From: Dehalococcoidia bacterium
GTDB taxonomy: Bacteria; Chloroflexota; Dehalococcoidia; Bin125
Assembly: GCA_965221705.1 (NCBI GenBank)
Contig: OZ244908.1
Coordinates: 1,011,564-1,075,563 of the forward strand
Direction: 5' to 3'
DNA: 64,000 bases
A program made the translations under genes and the position numbers. Positions within the stretch are counted from its first letter, which is position 1. Each line of letters begins with the position of its first letter. Shown in pieces: positions 10,553-21,494 of the stretch. The notes under the pieces are model-generated. The model did not search any database. It saw only the letters and a list, made by a program, of their open reading frames with translations, and was not told the origin of the DNA.

Positions 10553-12358
10553 TCACTGACTTGGAGCGGGATCGGCCTCGCGGACAAGCAGATGCAGCTC
10601 GTCGAGCTGTTCCGCGGTGATCGGCATCGGCGCGCCCGTGAGCGGGTCGGAGGCGGACATTGTCTTAGGGAACGCGATCACTTCGCGGATGTTCTCGGTC
10701 CCGGCGAGCAGCATCGCGACGCGGTCGATGCCGAAGGCGAATCCACCGTGCGGCGGCGCGCCGTACTCGAACGCCTCGAGCATGTGGCCGAAGCGCTGTT
10801 GCGCCTCGGCCTCGTCGACGCCGAGCAGCTCGAACACCTTGAGCTGCAGATCGCGCTCGTGGATTCTGATCGAGCCGGAGCCGAGCTCGAAGCCGTTGCA
10901 GATCGTGTCATAGGCGCGGGCGCGAACGCGATCGGGCTCAGAGTCGAGCAGATGCGCGTCGGCGGTCTGCGGCGCGGTGAACGGATGGTGCAGCGCGTCC
11001 CATCGCTGACCGTCTTCGTCCCACTCTACGAGCGGGAAGTCGGTCACGAAAGCGAAGTTGAGTATGGAGTCGTCGATGAGGTCGAGTCGACGAGCCAGCT
11101 CGCGGCGGATGCCGTCGAGCACCGTCGAGACCATGCCGGCGTTGCCGGCGGCGAGCAGGACGAGGTCGCCGTTGCTCGCGCCGCAGCGCTCGCCGATGCG
11201 GCGAGCGTCGTCGATGCCGAGGTGTCGCAGCACTGGCGAGCGCACGTCGTCCTCGCTCGCGTCGGCGGGGTCGGCGCTGTACTGGAGCGAGACCAGTCCC
11301 GGCGCGCCCATGGTCTTGGCCAGATCGGTGAAGGCGTCGACTTCGCGTCGGGAGAGCGATGCGCCGCCGGGCATGACGATGCCGCGCACTCGGCCGCCAG
11401 AGGCGATCGTCGAGGAAAACACGCCGAAGCTTGAGTGCTCGGCGATGTCCGAGCAGTCGGAGAGCTCGAGGCCGTAGCGCAGATCAGGTTTGTCCGAGCC
11501 GAAGCGATCCATCGCTTCGTGCCAGGTGAGACGAGGGAACGGTCTCGACACGGTCAGATCCGGCCGCAGCGCGGCGGCGAGTCCGGAGAACAGCTCCTCC
11601 AGCAGGCCGAGGATGTCCTCTTCCTCGCAGAATGACCATTCGAGATCAAGCTGGACGAACTCGGGTTGGCGATCGGCGCGCAGGTCTTCGTCGCGGAAGC
11701 AGCGGGCGATCTGGAAGTACCGCTCGACGCCGGCGACCATCAGCAGCTGCTTGAACTGCTGCGGCGCCTGCGGCAGCGCGTAGAACGCGCCTGGAGTGAG
11801 TCGGCTGGGCACGACGTAGTCGCGCGCGCCCTCGGGCGTCGCCGCGACCAGGATGGGCGTCTCGACTTCGAGGAAGCCGCGTTCGGTCATGAAGTCGCGG
11901 ATGTACTGATTGAGACGATGCCGCAGTTCGAGCGCGGCGATCATCGTTGGTCGGCGCAGGTCGATGTATCGGTACTGCATGCGCACCAGCTCGTTGACGT
12001 CGTCGTCCTCGCTGACCGAGAACGGCGGCGTGTTGGCGGCGTTGAGCACCTCGACCGACGTCGCAACGACCTCGATGTCTCCGGTCGGCAGATTGGGGTT
12101 GCGCGTCGACTCTGAGCGCGCGACGACATCGCCGACGATGCGCAAGACGTACTCGCCGCGGACGTCGTTGGCGACGGCGTAGGCGTCGGGATGGTCGTCG
12201 GGACGGACTACGACCTGCACCACGCCATCGCGATCGCGCAGATCGATAAAGATCAGTTGTCCGTGATCTCGGCGTCGATGCACCCAGCCGGCCAACGTGA
12301 CCGACTGTCCAGCGTCCGACGCGCGCAATGTCCCGCAACCATGTGTCTTGAGCACCAA
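10553..12358 (-). CDS. aspS: Aspartate--tRNA ligase
   Basis: Class II aaRS with an N-terminal OB fold (VTLAGWVHRRRDHGQLIFIDLRDRDGVVQVV), about 600 aa, bacterial-type AspRS with a GAD insertion. Confidence 0.95.
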   Translation of the reverse strand: MVLKTHGCGTLRASDAGQSVTLAGWVHRRRDHGQLIFIDLRDRDGVVQVVVRPDDHPDAYAVANDVRGEYVLRIVGDVVARSESTRNPNLPTGDIEVVATSVEVLNAANTPPFSVSEDDDVNELVRMQYRYIDLRRPTMIAALELRHRLNQYIRDFMTERGFLEVETPILVAATPEGARDYVVPSRLTPGAFYALPQAPQQFKQLLMVAGVERYFQIARCFRDEDLRADRQPEFVQLDLEWSFCEEEDILGLLEELFSGLAAALRPDLTVSRPFPRLTWHEAMDRFGSDKPDLRYGLELSDCSDIAEHSSFGVFSSTIASGGRVRGIVMPGGASLSRREVDAFTDLAKTMGAPGLVSLQYSADPADASEDDVRSPVLRHLGIDDARRIGERCGASNGDLVLLAAGNAGMVSTVLDGIRRELARRLDLIDDSILNFAFVTDFPLVEWDEDGQRWDALHHPFTAPQTADAHLLDSEPDRVRARAYDTICNGFELGSGSIRIHERDLQLKVFELLGVDEAEAQQRFGHMLEAFEYGAPPHGGFAFGIDRVAMLLAGTENIREVIAFPKTMSASDPLTGAPMPITAEQLDELHLLVREADPAPSQ

Positions 12359-12451
12359 GGCCTCCCAGCATTGACAGGTTCGAGTGTGTCACTTCGCCCT
12401 GACGCTGGCAATCAAATCGTCACGGCTGCATAGCCTGCATAGACTGCACGC

Positions 12452-13669
12452 ATGTCGCTGAGGGCATCTGCCGGCCCGCTTGTCGGTCCGCTCGGACTAT
12501 ATGTGCACGTGCCATTTTGCACGGTTAAGTGTTCCTACTGCGACTTCAACTCGTTCGCAGGCATTGAGGACTTGCAAGACGCCTTTACCTCAGCCGCCGC
12601 GACCGAGCTGTCGTTGTGGAACTCGCGGCTGAGTGAGCGCGACGTGTCAACGGTGTTCATCGGCGGCGGCACGCCGAGTCTGCTCGAAGCGGATCAGATC
12701 GAGCGACTGCTGGGCGCGATCCATGACAACGTGCGACTCGCTGAGGACGCCGAAATCACGCTTGAGGCGAATCCAGAGAGCGTCGATCCCGCGCGATTGA
12801 CGCTGTATCGCGAGCTCGGCGTGAATCGCATCTCGATGGGCGTGCAATCGCTCGACCGTCGCGAGCTTGAGTTTCTCGACCGCATCCACAGCGCCGAGCG
12901 CGCGGAGCGCGCGTTCGCCGAGATTCGCGCAGCCGGTTTCGACAATGTCAATCTCGATCTGATCTATGGATTGCCAGGGCAGTCGCTCGAGACTTGGCAG
13001 TCAACGCTTGACGGCGCGCTCTCGTGGCAGGGATCCGGGCCTGACCACATCTCCTGTTACGCGCTGACCGTTGAAGCAGGCACGCCGCTGGCGGCGCGAG
13101 TCCGATCGGGACGCGTAGCCCAAGCCGATCCTGACGACGTCGCCGAGTTGGCTGACTGGACGGCGCAGCGTCTGAGTCACGCTGGCTACGAACAGTATGA
13201 GACCAGCAACTATGCGCGCCATGGACGTCAGTGTCGACACAATCTGATCTACTGGCGTAACCAGGAGTACGCCGCCGTTGGTCCAGGAGCGCACGGCTTC
13301 ATCGACGGCATCCGCTTCAGCGTCGTCCGCAGTCCAACTGCGTACAACAAACGACTGAAAGACTGCAAAGGCAACGGGCATGGGCTGGAAGGATTGCCGT
13401 CGCCCGCGATTGTCGACGCTGAGCGCGTCTCGGAGCTGGACTACGTGATCGACACGCTGACTTCAGGATTGCGGCTGATGGAAGGCGTTGACGAAGCTGC
13501 GCTCCAGCGGAGCTATCAGAACGCCTACGCGCAGCTGCGGCTGACGCTCGATTGGGCGGTTGCGCATGCGCTGGCTGAGCGTCGCCTGGGACGACTCAGG
13601 CTGACGGCTCGAGGTCACGCGGTCGCGAATGAGGTGTTTGTGCGACTGCTCGATCCGCTCGCAACCTAG
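12452..13669 (+). CDS. hemW: Radical SAM heme chaperone HemW (HemN-like, oxygen-independent coproporphyrinogen oxidase-like)
   Basis: CxxxCxxC motif in PFCTVKCSYCDF, HemN/HemW family length and C-terminal domain. Confidence 0.85.
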   Translation: MSLRASAGPLVGPLGLYVHVPFCTVKCSYCDFNSFAGIEDLQDAFTSAAATELSLWNSRLSERDVSTVFIGGGTPSLLEADQIERLLGAIHDNVRLAEDAEITLEANPESVDPARLTLYRELGVNRISMGVQSLDRRELEFLDRIHSAERAERAFAEIRAAGFDNVNLDLIYGLPGQSLETWQSTLDGALSWQGSGPDHISCYALTVEAGTPLAARVRSGRVAQADPDDVAELADWTAQRLSHAGYEQYETSNYARHGRQCRHNLIYWRNQEYAAVGPGAHGFIDGIRFSVVRSPTAYNKRLKDCKGNGHGLEGLPSPAIVDAERVSELDYVIDTLTSGLRLMEGVDEAALQRSYQNAYAQLRLTLDWAVAHALAERRLGRLRLTARGHAVANEVFVRLLDPLAT

Positions 13670-14673
13670 TCCTCGCTGAGCTCGTCGACGTCGATGCAGT
13701 CGAGCAGGATCTTGCCGAAGTTGCGATTCTCGGCCATGTACTGATGCGCCGCAGCGGCCTGGCTGAGCGGAAAGACGGTGTCGATGATCGGCTTCATGTC
13801 GCCGTTGACGATCGCCGGCTCGAGATGTCGCTGGAAGTCGCGAGTGATTTCGGCCCGATCGATCAGCGGCCGCGAGCGCATCACGGTGCCGTAGACGCAC
13901 AGACGTTTCTGCATCAGCATGCCGAGATTGGTCTCAGCGACGGCGCCGCCCATTAGTCCGACGAGAACGAGTCGACCGGCGGTCGCGAGCGACTCCAGGT
14001 TGGCTTGCCAGTAGGACTGGCCGACCACGTCGAGGATGACGTCGACGCCCTGGCCCCCGGTCTGGTCGGCGATCACGTCGGCGAAGTTCTGCTCGCGGTA
14101 GTTGATCGTCATGTCCGCTCCGAGTTCGCGGGCGCGTTCGCACTTCTCCTCGGAGCCGGCGGTGATCCAGACCTCGGCGCCGATTAGTCGTCCGATCTGG
14201 ATCGCGGCGATGCCGACGCCGCTGCCGCCGGCGTGGATCAGGAGACGTTCGCCGGGGAGCGTCTGACCGAGCGTCCGTACGGCGGTGTTGGCGGTGAAAA
14301 AGACTTCGGGGATGGAGGCGGCCTCGCGATAGGTGAGCGCGTCGGGGATCGGCATCGCGAGCGATTGGTGCAGCGTCGCCAGTTCGGCATAGCCACCGCC
14401 GCCCGAGAGTCCGTAGACGCGGTCGCCGACCGACAGTCCGCGAACGCGAGAGCCTGTTTCGACGACCTCGCCGGCCAGCTCGAGACCGAGGATCTCGGAT
14501 GCGCCGTGTTGGGCGGGATAGTTGCCCATGCGTTGCATCATGTCGGCGCGATTGAGCGCCGTCGCGTGCACGCGGATGAGCACTTCTTCGTCGCTTGGAA
14601 GTGGATCGGGTACGTCACTCAAGCGCAGCGAATCGGCGGTTCGGCCAGGCGGGTCAACGACGATGGCTCTCAT
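13666..14673 (-). CDS. NADPH:quinone oxidoreductase (zeta-crystallin / MDR family)
   Basis: MRAIVVDPPG...LIRVHATALNRADMMQRMGNYP matches quinone oxidoreductases of the medium-chain reductase family; Rossmann GxGxxG motif (HAGGSGVG). Confidence 0.85.
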   Translation of the reverse strand: MRAIVVDPPGRTADSLRLSDVPDPLPSDEEVLIRVHATALNRADMMQRMGNYPAQHGASEILGLELAGEVVETGSRVRGLSVGDRVYGLSGGGGYAELATLHQSLAMPIPDALTYREAASIPEVFFTANTAVRTLGQTLPGERLLIHAGGSGVGIAAIQIGRLIGAEVWITAGSEEKCERARELGADMTINYREQNFADVIADQTGGQGVDVILDVVGQSYWQANLESLATAGRLVLVGLMGGAVAETNLGMLMQKRLCVYGTVMRSRPLIDRAEITRDFQRHLEPAIVNGDMKPIIDTVFPLSQAAAAHQYMAENRNFGKILLDCIDVDELSED

Positions 14674-14743
14674 CGGACATATCCTCAGTTGGGAGCTCTC
14701 GCTCGATGCAGTTGGGGGCGCCAGTCAGCGTCAGGGTAGTCGC

Positions 14744-16612
14744 GTGTATGTCATTGGCACGGCCGGACACGTTGATCATGGCAAGAGCGCGCTGGTTCAG
14801 GCGCTGTCAGGGATTGATCCCGACCGTTGGGCGGAGGAGAAAGCGCGCGGACTGACGATCGATCTCGGGTTCGCCTGGTGCGAACTGCCCTCTGGTCGGG
14901 CGGTCAGCATCGTCGACGTGCCTGGGCACGAACGGTTCATCAAGAACATGCTCGCCGGCGTCGGCGGCGTCGATCTGGCGCTGCTCGTCATCGCCGCTGA
15001 CGAGGGCGTGATGCCGCAGACGCGTGAACATCTGGACATCCTCGACCTGCTCGATATCGATCGCGGCATCGTCGCCTTGACCAAAGTGGACCTCGTTGAT
15101 GAGGAGTGGGTCGCGCTGGTTGAGGAGGAGATCGAGGAGCTGCTCGCCGACACGACGCTGGCAGGATCGCGGATCGCGCCCGTGTCAGCGTTGACGGGCG
15201 AAGGGATGGACGATCTGCGCCGACTGATCGATGCGCAGTTGAGCGACCTGCCGCCGATTTCGAATCAGGGTCGGCCGAGGATGCCGATCGATCGATCGTT
15301 TTCGATCTCTGGCTTCGGCGCGGTCGTGACCGGCACCCTGATCGACGGTGAACTCTCGATTGGCGACGCCGCGGTGATCGAGCCGGGGAGGATTGCGTGT
15401 CGGGTACGGGGGCTGCAGTCGCACGAGCAGTCACTCGAGCGCGCCGCGCCAGGAGCGCGCACGGCCGTCAATCTGGGCGGCGTCTCGGCCAACGACATCG
15501 AGCGCGGGATGGTCTTGACCACGCCTGGCTGGCTCGAGCCGACCGCGGCGGTCGACATCCGTTTGCGCGCGGTGGCGTCGGCGGCTCGCGCGTTGCCGCA
15601 CAACGCGACCCGCACGATGCACGTCGGCGCTGACGAAGTACAGGCGCGCGTGCGATTGCTCGAGGGCGACTCGCTCGCGGCGGGGGAGTCGACCTGGGCG
15701 CAGCTTCGGCTCGAGCGCCCAGTCGCAGTTGCGCGGGGCGATCACTTCGTGTTGCGCTCGGCCGAGGCCACGGTCGCGGGCGGGCGCATCGTCGACACGC
15801 GACCGAGACGGCATCATCGCAACGACGCCTCGACGCTCAACGCGCTGCAGCGGCTGCTCGACGGCGCCCCGGATGACACACTGCTGACCGTGTTGCAACG
15901 GCTGGAGCCAGTGCGTTGGAGCGAGTTACTCGCGCGCAGCGAACTCGCCGCCGATGACGCGCTGTCGGCGATCACGCGGCAGATCGAGGGTGGGACGGCA
16001 GTCGTGCTGGATGAGTCGGGACTGTCCGACTCGGCGACGCTGGCGACTGACGCCGGGCTGGATGCGCTGCTCGCGCGAGCGACGCAGTTGGTATCAGATT
16101 ATGTCAACGAGTTTCCGCTTCGGGCCGGACTCCCGCGCGAAGATCTGCGCAGTCGACTCAATCTCGCGCAGCGGGCCTTCGCCGTGGTGCAACGTGAGCT
16201 GGTCGATCGCGGCGTCGTGATTGAGAACAACGGCGCGCTCGACCTACCCGATCGCGTTGTGCAACTGAACGGATCGCAACAGTCTGATGTCGACGGGCTG
16301 ATTGATCGACTGAAGGAGCAGGGCGTGCGACCGGAGGTCGAGGCGCGGGTCGACGCCGACCTACTCGAGTACCTCGAGGCCCAGCGACTGATCGTGCAGC
16401 TCAAGGGCGGCGTATTGCTTGATCGAGGCGTCTATGACGACATGGTCGAGCGCACGACCGCGCTGCTGCGCGAGCGAGAGCGGGCGACGTTGGCAGACGT
16501 CCGCGATGCGTTGGGCACGAGCCGCAAGGTCGCGCAAGCGTTCCTGGAGCATCTGGATACGAATCGCATCACGCGCCGCGTTGGAGATGCGAGAGTCTTA
16601 CGCGTCGGCTGA
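14744..16612 (+). CDS. selB: Selenocysteine-specific translation elongation factor SelB
   Basis: GTPase domain [41 protein letters not shown]...[40 protein letters not shown] is a near-canonical SelB N-terminus, and the length fits the C-terminal winged-helix domains. The preferred start is the in-frame GTG at 14744; the ORF track starts at 14522. Confidence 0.9.
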   Translation: MYVIGTAGHVDHGKSALVQALSGIDPDRWAEEKARGLTIDLGFAWCELPSGRAVSIVDVPGHERFIKNMLAGVGGVDLALLVIAADEGVMPQTREHLDILDLLDIDRGIVALTKVDLVDEEWVALVEEEIEELLADTTLAGSRIAPVSALTGEGMDDLRRLIDAQLSDLPPISNQGRPRMPIDRSFSISGFGAVVTGTLIDGELSIGDAAVIEPGRIACRVRGLQSHEQSLERAAPGARTAVNLGGVSANDIERGMVLTTPGWLEPTAAVDIRLRAVASAARALPHNATRTMHVGADEVQARVRLLEGDSLAAGESTWAQLRLERPVAVARGDHFVLRSAEATVAGGRIVDTRPRRHHRNDASTLNALQRLLDGAPDDTLLTVLQRLEPVRWSELLARSELAADDALSAITRQIEGGTAVVLDESGLSDSATLATDAGLDALLARATQLVSDYVNEFPLRAGLPREDLRSRLNLAQRAFAVVQRELVDRGVVIENNGALDLPDRVVQLNGSQQSDVDGLIDRLKEQGVRPEVEARVDADLLEYLEAQRLIVQLKGGVLLDRGVYDDMVERTTALLRERERATLADVRDALGTSRKVAQAFLEHLDTNRITRRVGDARVLRVG

Positions 16613-16632
16613 CCTGGAACCTGGGAGTGGGT

Positions 16633-17835
16633 TCAGGCGCGGCGTTCGACTCGACGCATGACTCGCCGCTCGCCGCCCATGCGCAGGAATCGGGGCAGCG
16701 TGCCATCTTGCCAGAGATAGACGATTTGACTCGCCACTGCGATGGACGAGTATGTGCCAGCGACCGTGCCGATGAAGAGCACGACGACGAACGGTCGAAT
16801 TGTCACGCCGCCGATCAGCAGCAGCGCAAGCAGCGCCAACACGACCGTGATCGACGTGTTGAGCGATCGACCGAGCGACTGAGTGATCGCCGCGTTGACG
16901 ACGCGGCGGAAGTCTTCGCGCGGGTCGAGCAGCAAATTCTCTCGAATGCGATCGAACACGACGATCGTGTCGTTGACGCTGTAGCCGATGATCGCGAGCA
17001 GCGCGGTGACGAACATCGCATTGACCTCGAGTCCGGCGATGCGTCCGCCGATGGCGAACGCGCCGGCGACGATCGTGACGTCGTGTAGCAGCGCCACGAT
17101 CGCGGCGGCGCCGTACAGGGTCGGATTGGGCAAGCGACGGAACGCGAGCGAGATGTAGATCAGAATCGCGACCGCCGCGACGGCGAGGGCGATGCCGGCG
17201 TCGCGGGCGATTTCGACGGACAGCGTGCCCGAGACGGACGAACTCTGCAGCACGACGATCGGACCGATCTCGCCGCGCAAGGCCTCGTTGATGCGCTGTC
17301 GCAGCCGCTCGAGATCTCCGTCGGCTGGTTGCTCGACTCGGAGACGGAAGGCCGAGTCAGCAGTCGCCTGGATTCTGGCGCTGCCGAGTCCGATCGTCTC
17401 GAGCGCCGCGCGCACATCGTCCTGCGCGACCTCGCCGGGGAACCAGAAGTCGCTGCGGACCGCATCATCTTCGATGACCAGGTCCAGACTGACGCTGGCG
17501 GGCAGCGTCTCGCCGATGGCGTCGCCGATGCGTTCGGCGGCGGCGATTGCATCGTCGAGCGAGGCCGGATCGACGGTCGCCGTGACGGCGTACGCGCCGT
17601 CTTCGGCCTCGCTGGATGACAGCGACACGCTCGCCGGCAGGTCGTCGATTGCGCTGATGGCCGCGTCGACATCTTCGAGGTCGGTCTCGCCGAGGAATCG
17701 CACCTCGGTCTCGAGGCCGCCGGCGAAGTCGAGTCCCGCCTCGAACTGCCAGAGCGCCAGTCCGATCAGCGACGGCACGATCATGAGCAGCGAGATCACG
17801 GCATAGAAGCGTCGGCCGCCGACAAAGTCAATCAT
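16633..17835 (-). CDS. secF: Protein translocase subunit SecF
   Basis: SecF membrane-protein signature; the gene overlaps secD by 4 nt. Confidence 0.9.
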   Translation of the reverse strand: MIDFVGGRRFYAVISLLMIVPSLIGLALWQFEAGLDFAGGLETEVRFLGETDLEDVDAAISAIDDLPASVSLSSSEAEDGAYAVTATVDPASLDDAIAAAERIGDAIGETLPASVSLDLVIEDDAVRSDFWFPGEVAQDDVRAALETIGLGSARIQATADSAFRLRVEQPADGDLERLRQRINEALRGEIGPIVVLQSSSVSGTLSVEIARDAGIALAVAAVAILIYISLAFRRLPNPTLYGAAAIVALLHDVTIVAGAFAIGGRIAGLEVNAMFVTALLAIIGYSVNDTIVVFDRIRENLLLDPREDFRRVVNAAITQSLGRSLNTSITVVLALLALLLIGGVTIRPFVVVLFIGTVAGTYSSIAVASQIVYLWQDGTLPRFLRMGGERRVMRRVERRA

Positions 17836-19577
17836 GCGCCGCCGCCCTCGCCGCTCGACCCACTGCTAGCGCCGCTGGCTCGCGGCTGCACGGTCATCTG
17901 TCGGACGCCGAATGGTCTCAGGCCGCGCACCCAGCCGGTGCTGACCGCCATGTTCATGAACGTCCGGGTGACGAAGATCACAGTGACGAAGCTGAAGCCC
18001 GTCCCCACCAACAATGCGAGCGCGAAGGACTTGATCAGATTCTGATTCAGCGCGTCGGCGAAGAGCCAGAGGATGATGACGGTAATGATCGTCGAAACGT
18101 TGCCGTCGCGAATCGCGGGCCAGGCGCGGGCCCAGGCGGTGTCGACCGCGCCAGAGAGGCTGCGTCCGAGCCGCAGCTCCTCTTTGAGTCGCTCGAAGAT
18201 GAGTACATTGCCGTCGACGGCGAAGCCGATTGACAGCACCAATCCAGCGACGCCGGCGAGCGTCAGCGTGATCGGCACGAGCTTGAAGGTCGCCATCACG
18301 CCGGCGGCGTAGACGACCAGCGCCAGCGCGGCGACCAGACCAGGGACGCGGTAGTAGATGATCATGAACACGACGATCGCCAGAAACGCGACGACGCCTG
18401 CCTGGACCGTGTCGATCACGGAGTCTTCACCGAGCGTCGCCGCGACTTCGGTGCTCTGCAACACGCGCAGATTGATCGGCAGCGCGCCAGCGCGCAGCTG
18501 ACGACGCAGCGTGACGGCGTCTTCTTCGCTGAGTCCGTTGATGATCCCGCTGTCGGAAATGACCGCGTTGACCGAGGGACTCGAAATCAGTTGGCGATCG
18601 ACGAAGATGCCGAGCAATCCGCGGCTCTCGAAGAGTCGACGGGTGATCTGCTCCATCAGTCGCGCGCCTTCGTCGTCGAACTCGAACGTCAGCGCCGGAC
18701 CGCCGCCGTCGTCGAGCGTGCGCGAGATCGAGTCGGCGATCAGATGCCGACCAGTCAGTTGCACTGTCGAGCCCTGCGCGTTGATGCCGTTGGCGGGCAA
18801 CCAGCGCAGCCCTTCAGCGACGATCACGTCCTCGTCGGGCGGGGCGAGAAAGTAAGGCGCGGCGCGGCGGACGAAGCGGTCGTCGTTGCGCGGCAGGGTG
18901 GAGTCCCAGACGTCATCGATTGCCGCGCCGATCTGCAGTCGGTCGAGCGGCGCGGGCGGCTGCGGCTGAGCGGGATCGATGGACCGGAACTCCAACAGCG
19001 CTGTCGAACCGACGAGACTTGAGGCCTCGTCCGCATCGACGCCCGGAATCTGGGCGTTGATGCGATCGGCGCCGACGACGGTTACCTCCGCCTCTGAGAT
19101 GCCGAATCCGTTGACACGTTCCTCGATCACACGTCGCGACTCGACGACTGCTTCCTCAAGCGCGGCATCGTCTACATCGAGCGGCAGGACGATCTCCTGT
19201 ATGGCATCCGGCAGGGGCAGGTCGTAGGTCTCTGGTTCCAGTTCGGCGAGCTCGGGATTCAGTTCGAAGACCTCGTCGAGTGAAACGGCTTCGCGCTCCA
19301 GGAACTGATTGAGCGACTCGCCGCGCCGTACGGGCGCGGACTCGCCCGCGACCTCAAGCGTGATCGAGACGCCCCCGGCGAGGTCGAGGCCGAGTCGGAA
19401 CTCGTCACGCGACCAGTCGCCGACGTTGACGCCGCTGCCCGAAGGCCAGGGAATGAAGTTGGGCAGGTACTTGTCGGGGTTGCCTGGCCAGGCGGCGACG
19501 ATCGCGAAGCCGCTCAGGATCAGGATCAATGAGAAGAGGTACGCGTCACGGAATTTGAACCGTCGGATGAAGTCCAT
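17832..19577 (-). CDS. secD: Protein translocase subunit SecD
   Basis: SecD N-terminal transmembrane segment, periplasmic domain and C-terminal 6-TM sequence; secDF arrangement. Confidence 0.9.
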   Translation of the reverse strand: MDFIRRFKFRDAYLFSLILILSGFAIVAAWPGNPDKYLPNFIPWPSGSGVNVGDWSRDEFRLGLDLAGGVSITLEVAGESAPVRRGESLNQFLEREAVSLDEVFELNPELAELEPETYDLPLPDAIQEIVLPLDVDDAALEEAVVESRRVIEERVNGFGISEAEVTVVGADRINAQIPGVDADEASSLVGSTALLEFRSIDPAQPQPPAPLDRLQIGAAIDDVWDSTLPRNDDRFVRRAAPYFLAPPDEDVIVAEGLRWLPANGINAQGSTVQLTGRHLIADSISRTLDDGGGPALTFEFDDEGARLMEQITRRLFESRGLLGIFVDRQLISSPSVNAVISDSGIINGLSEEDAVTLRRQLRAGALPINLRVLQSTEVAATLGEDSVIDTVQAGVVAFLAIVVFMIIYYRVPGLVAALALVVYAAGVMATFKLVPITLTLAGVAGLVLSIGFAVDGNVLIFERLKEELRLGRSLSGAVDTAWARAWPAIRDGNVSTIITVIILWLFADALNQNLIKSFALALLVGTGFSFVTVIFVTRTFMNMAVSTGWVRGLRPFGVRQMTVQPRASGASSGSSGEGGGA

Positions 19578-19695
19578 TGCCGGACAATCCGCCCATCAAC
19601 CGCCGCGCGACTCAGGAGACCATCGACGCGTCGGGCACGCTCTGCGCACTCTATCCCGCTTATGTCTGTTCAGCATAGGTTTCGAGACTCATGCG

Positions 19696-19998
19696 TCAGG
19701 AATCTGCGTCGGGATCTGACTCTGCTTCCGCTTCGGCGATTCGTTCCTCGACGGCGCCGGTGCGGGCGCGAACGACGACGTCGTCGTTGAGGCGCAACAG
19801 GACGATCATCGGTCCGTCTTCGGGCGTCTCGACGCCGTCGACTTCGGCGATCAGGCCTCCGCGAGTGAGGACAGTGTCGCCGACGCGGAGTTCGTTGAGG
19901 TCGCGCTGGCGCCGCCGCTCTTCAGATCGGGTGGGTCGAATGAAGAAGAGGTAGAAGAGCGCGACGACGAGCAGGGTGATCAGAATCACTTCGGTCAT
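19696..19998 (-). CDS. yajC: Preprotein translocase subunit YajC
   Basis: MTEVILITLLVVALFYLFFIRP...LNELRVGDTVLTRGGLIAEV is the canonical YajC sequence. The ORF track extends further upstream but would overlap the CCA-enzyme gene; the start at 19998 is preferred. Confidence 0.85.
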   Translation of the reverse strand: MTEVILITLLVVALFYLFFIRPTRSEERRRQRDLNELRVGDTVLTRGGLIAEVDGVETPEDGPMIVLLRLNDDVVVRARTGAVEERIAEAEAESDPDADS

Positions 19999-21494
19999 TG
20001 AGCAGCGCTCCGTTCTGACTCTGGTTGCGTCATCACCGCGGCCAGCTGAATCGCCAGGGCGCGAGCATCCGCCGCGCCAACGACCTCGCCAAGCGCCGCG
20101 GCTTCGTAAATCTTCGCACGGATTGCGCCGACCATCGGGCCGGGAGTCAAGCCAGTCACAGCCATGATCTGGCGTCCGTCGAGCAATGGCTTCGACTGTT
20201 GCGGCACGTTGGGGCGCCACTGCACGATTCGCGCGACGTGCGAGATGTAGCCCGGCCATCGGGGCAAGAGCGCCTCAGCGCCGACGGTCGCGAGCGAGTC
20301 AGCGAGGAACAGCAAACACAGCGGCGTGGCTGCGCCGCCGAGCGCTTGGTGAAATCGATACAAGGCGCGATCCGTCGGCGGGCGGCCCGGCGAGTGCACC
20401 CGTCCCGGCCGCAAGTGCTGTTCAATCAGCAGACAGACCTGATCGATCGTCTCGCCTGGCGCGCGCAAGGCCCGCAGTCGCTCGCGAGCGAGGTCTGCGC
20501 CGAGCTCCGAGTGTCCATAGAAGTGCGTCGCGCCGCGCGCGTCGACCGTTCGCGTCTCAGGCTTGCCAATGTCGTGCAACAGCGTCGCCAGTCGCAACGG
20601 CAGACGCCACTCGTCCAGCGAGGCGCGCACGTCAGGCGCGACTGTCAGCGGCCGCAGCGGCCGCCACGTGTTTGCGGCGCGACCAGATCGAGGAGGCTCA
20701 CGGCTCGTGAGTCTCACTAGCCAGCTCACGGCGTCGAGCTGATGACGGAAGACGTCGCGGCGATGCGCCGGACGTTGGTCGACCTCGCGACTGCGCGCAA
20801 GCTCGGGGAGAACTACGTCCAGCAAGCCGCTGCAGTCCAGGCGCCTGAGCGCCCAGGGAAGACTCGGACTCGTCAGGATGCGTTGCAGCTCGGCCCACTG
20901 ACGCTCGCGCGCAGTTCGTTCGATCAGCTGCGCTTGGCGGCGAATGGCGGAGCGAAGCTCGGCGTCGGGGCGGCCGACGCCCTGACTCTCAAGCCGCACC
21001 GCGCGGAGCAGGCGGATCGGATCGTCTTGCAGCGCATCGGCGCTGACGAGTCGCAAACGCCGCCGCTGCAGGTCGTCTAGTCCGCCGAAGGGGTCGATCA
21101 GGGTCTCGCCGATCGCGCCGCGTCGGAAGTCGTCGAGCGGGACGGCCATCGCGTTGACCGTGAAGTCACGTCGACCCAGGTCTCGCTCGAGGTCGCCATC
21201 GGCCAGGCCCCAGACGTCAATCTGACCCCAGGGGCAGGCGACTCGCCAGTCGTCGAACTCGGCGCTCAGCCGAGTCGCTGTCGTTCCGAGTCGCTCGGCG
21301 GCGCTGCGGGACCATGCTGCGGCGTCGCTGGTGACGATGTCGATGTCTATATCAACTGCGGCGCTGCTGCGTTGACCGTCAGCGAGGGCGTCACGGACAG
21401 CGCCGCCGACAACCCACGCGCCCTCGGCGTCGAGACGCGACAGGTTGCGCGCCACCTCACTCGACGTCGGACTCGGCTTCAGACTCGTCGTCAT
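19995..21494 (-). CDS. cca: CCA-adding tRNA nucleotidyltransferase (poly(A) polymerase family) with a C-terminal HD domain
   Basis: VVGGAVRDAL...DIDI nucleotidyltransferase head, RDFTVNAMA motif and the HD motif LLHDIGK. The ORF overlaps def by 38 nt, so the start may lie further downstream. Confidence 0.8.
   Translation of the reverse strand: MTTSLKPSPTSSEVARNLSRLDAEGAWVVGGAVRDALADGQRSSAAVDIDIDIVTSDAAAWSRSAAERLGTTATRLSAEFDDWRVACPWGQIDVWGLADGDLERDLGRRDFTVNAMAVPLDDFRRGAIGETLIDPFGGLDDLQRRRLRLVSADALQDDPIRLLRAVRLESQGVGRPDAELRSAIRRQAQLIERTARERQWAELQRILTSPSLPWALRRLDCSGLLDVVLPELARSREVDQRPAHRRDVFRHQLDAVSWLVRLTSREPPRSGRAANTWRPLRPLTVAPDVRASLDEWRLPLRLATLLHDIGKPETRTVDARGATHFYGHSELGADLARERLRALRAPGETIDQVCLLIEQHLRPGRVHSPGRPPTDRALYRFHQALGGAATPLCLLFLADSLATVGAEALLPRWPGYISHVARIVQWRPNVPQQSKPLLDGRQIMAVTGLTPGPMVGAIRAKIYEAAALGEVVGAADARALAIQLAAVMTQPESERSAAQ

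Noticed and set aside
14522-14743. Longer SelB N-terminus starting at 14522 or 14663
   Set aside because: The extension has no similarity to SelB and is Ser/Arg-rich. The canonical G-domain begins right after the in-frame GTG at 14744 ([15 protein letters not shown]), so the shorter gene is preferred.
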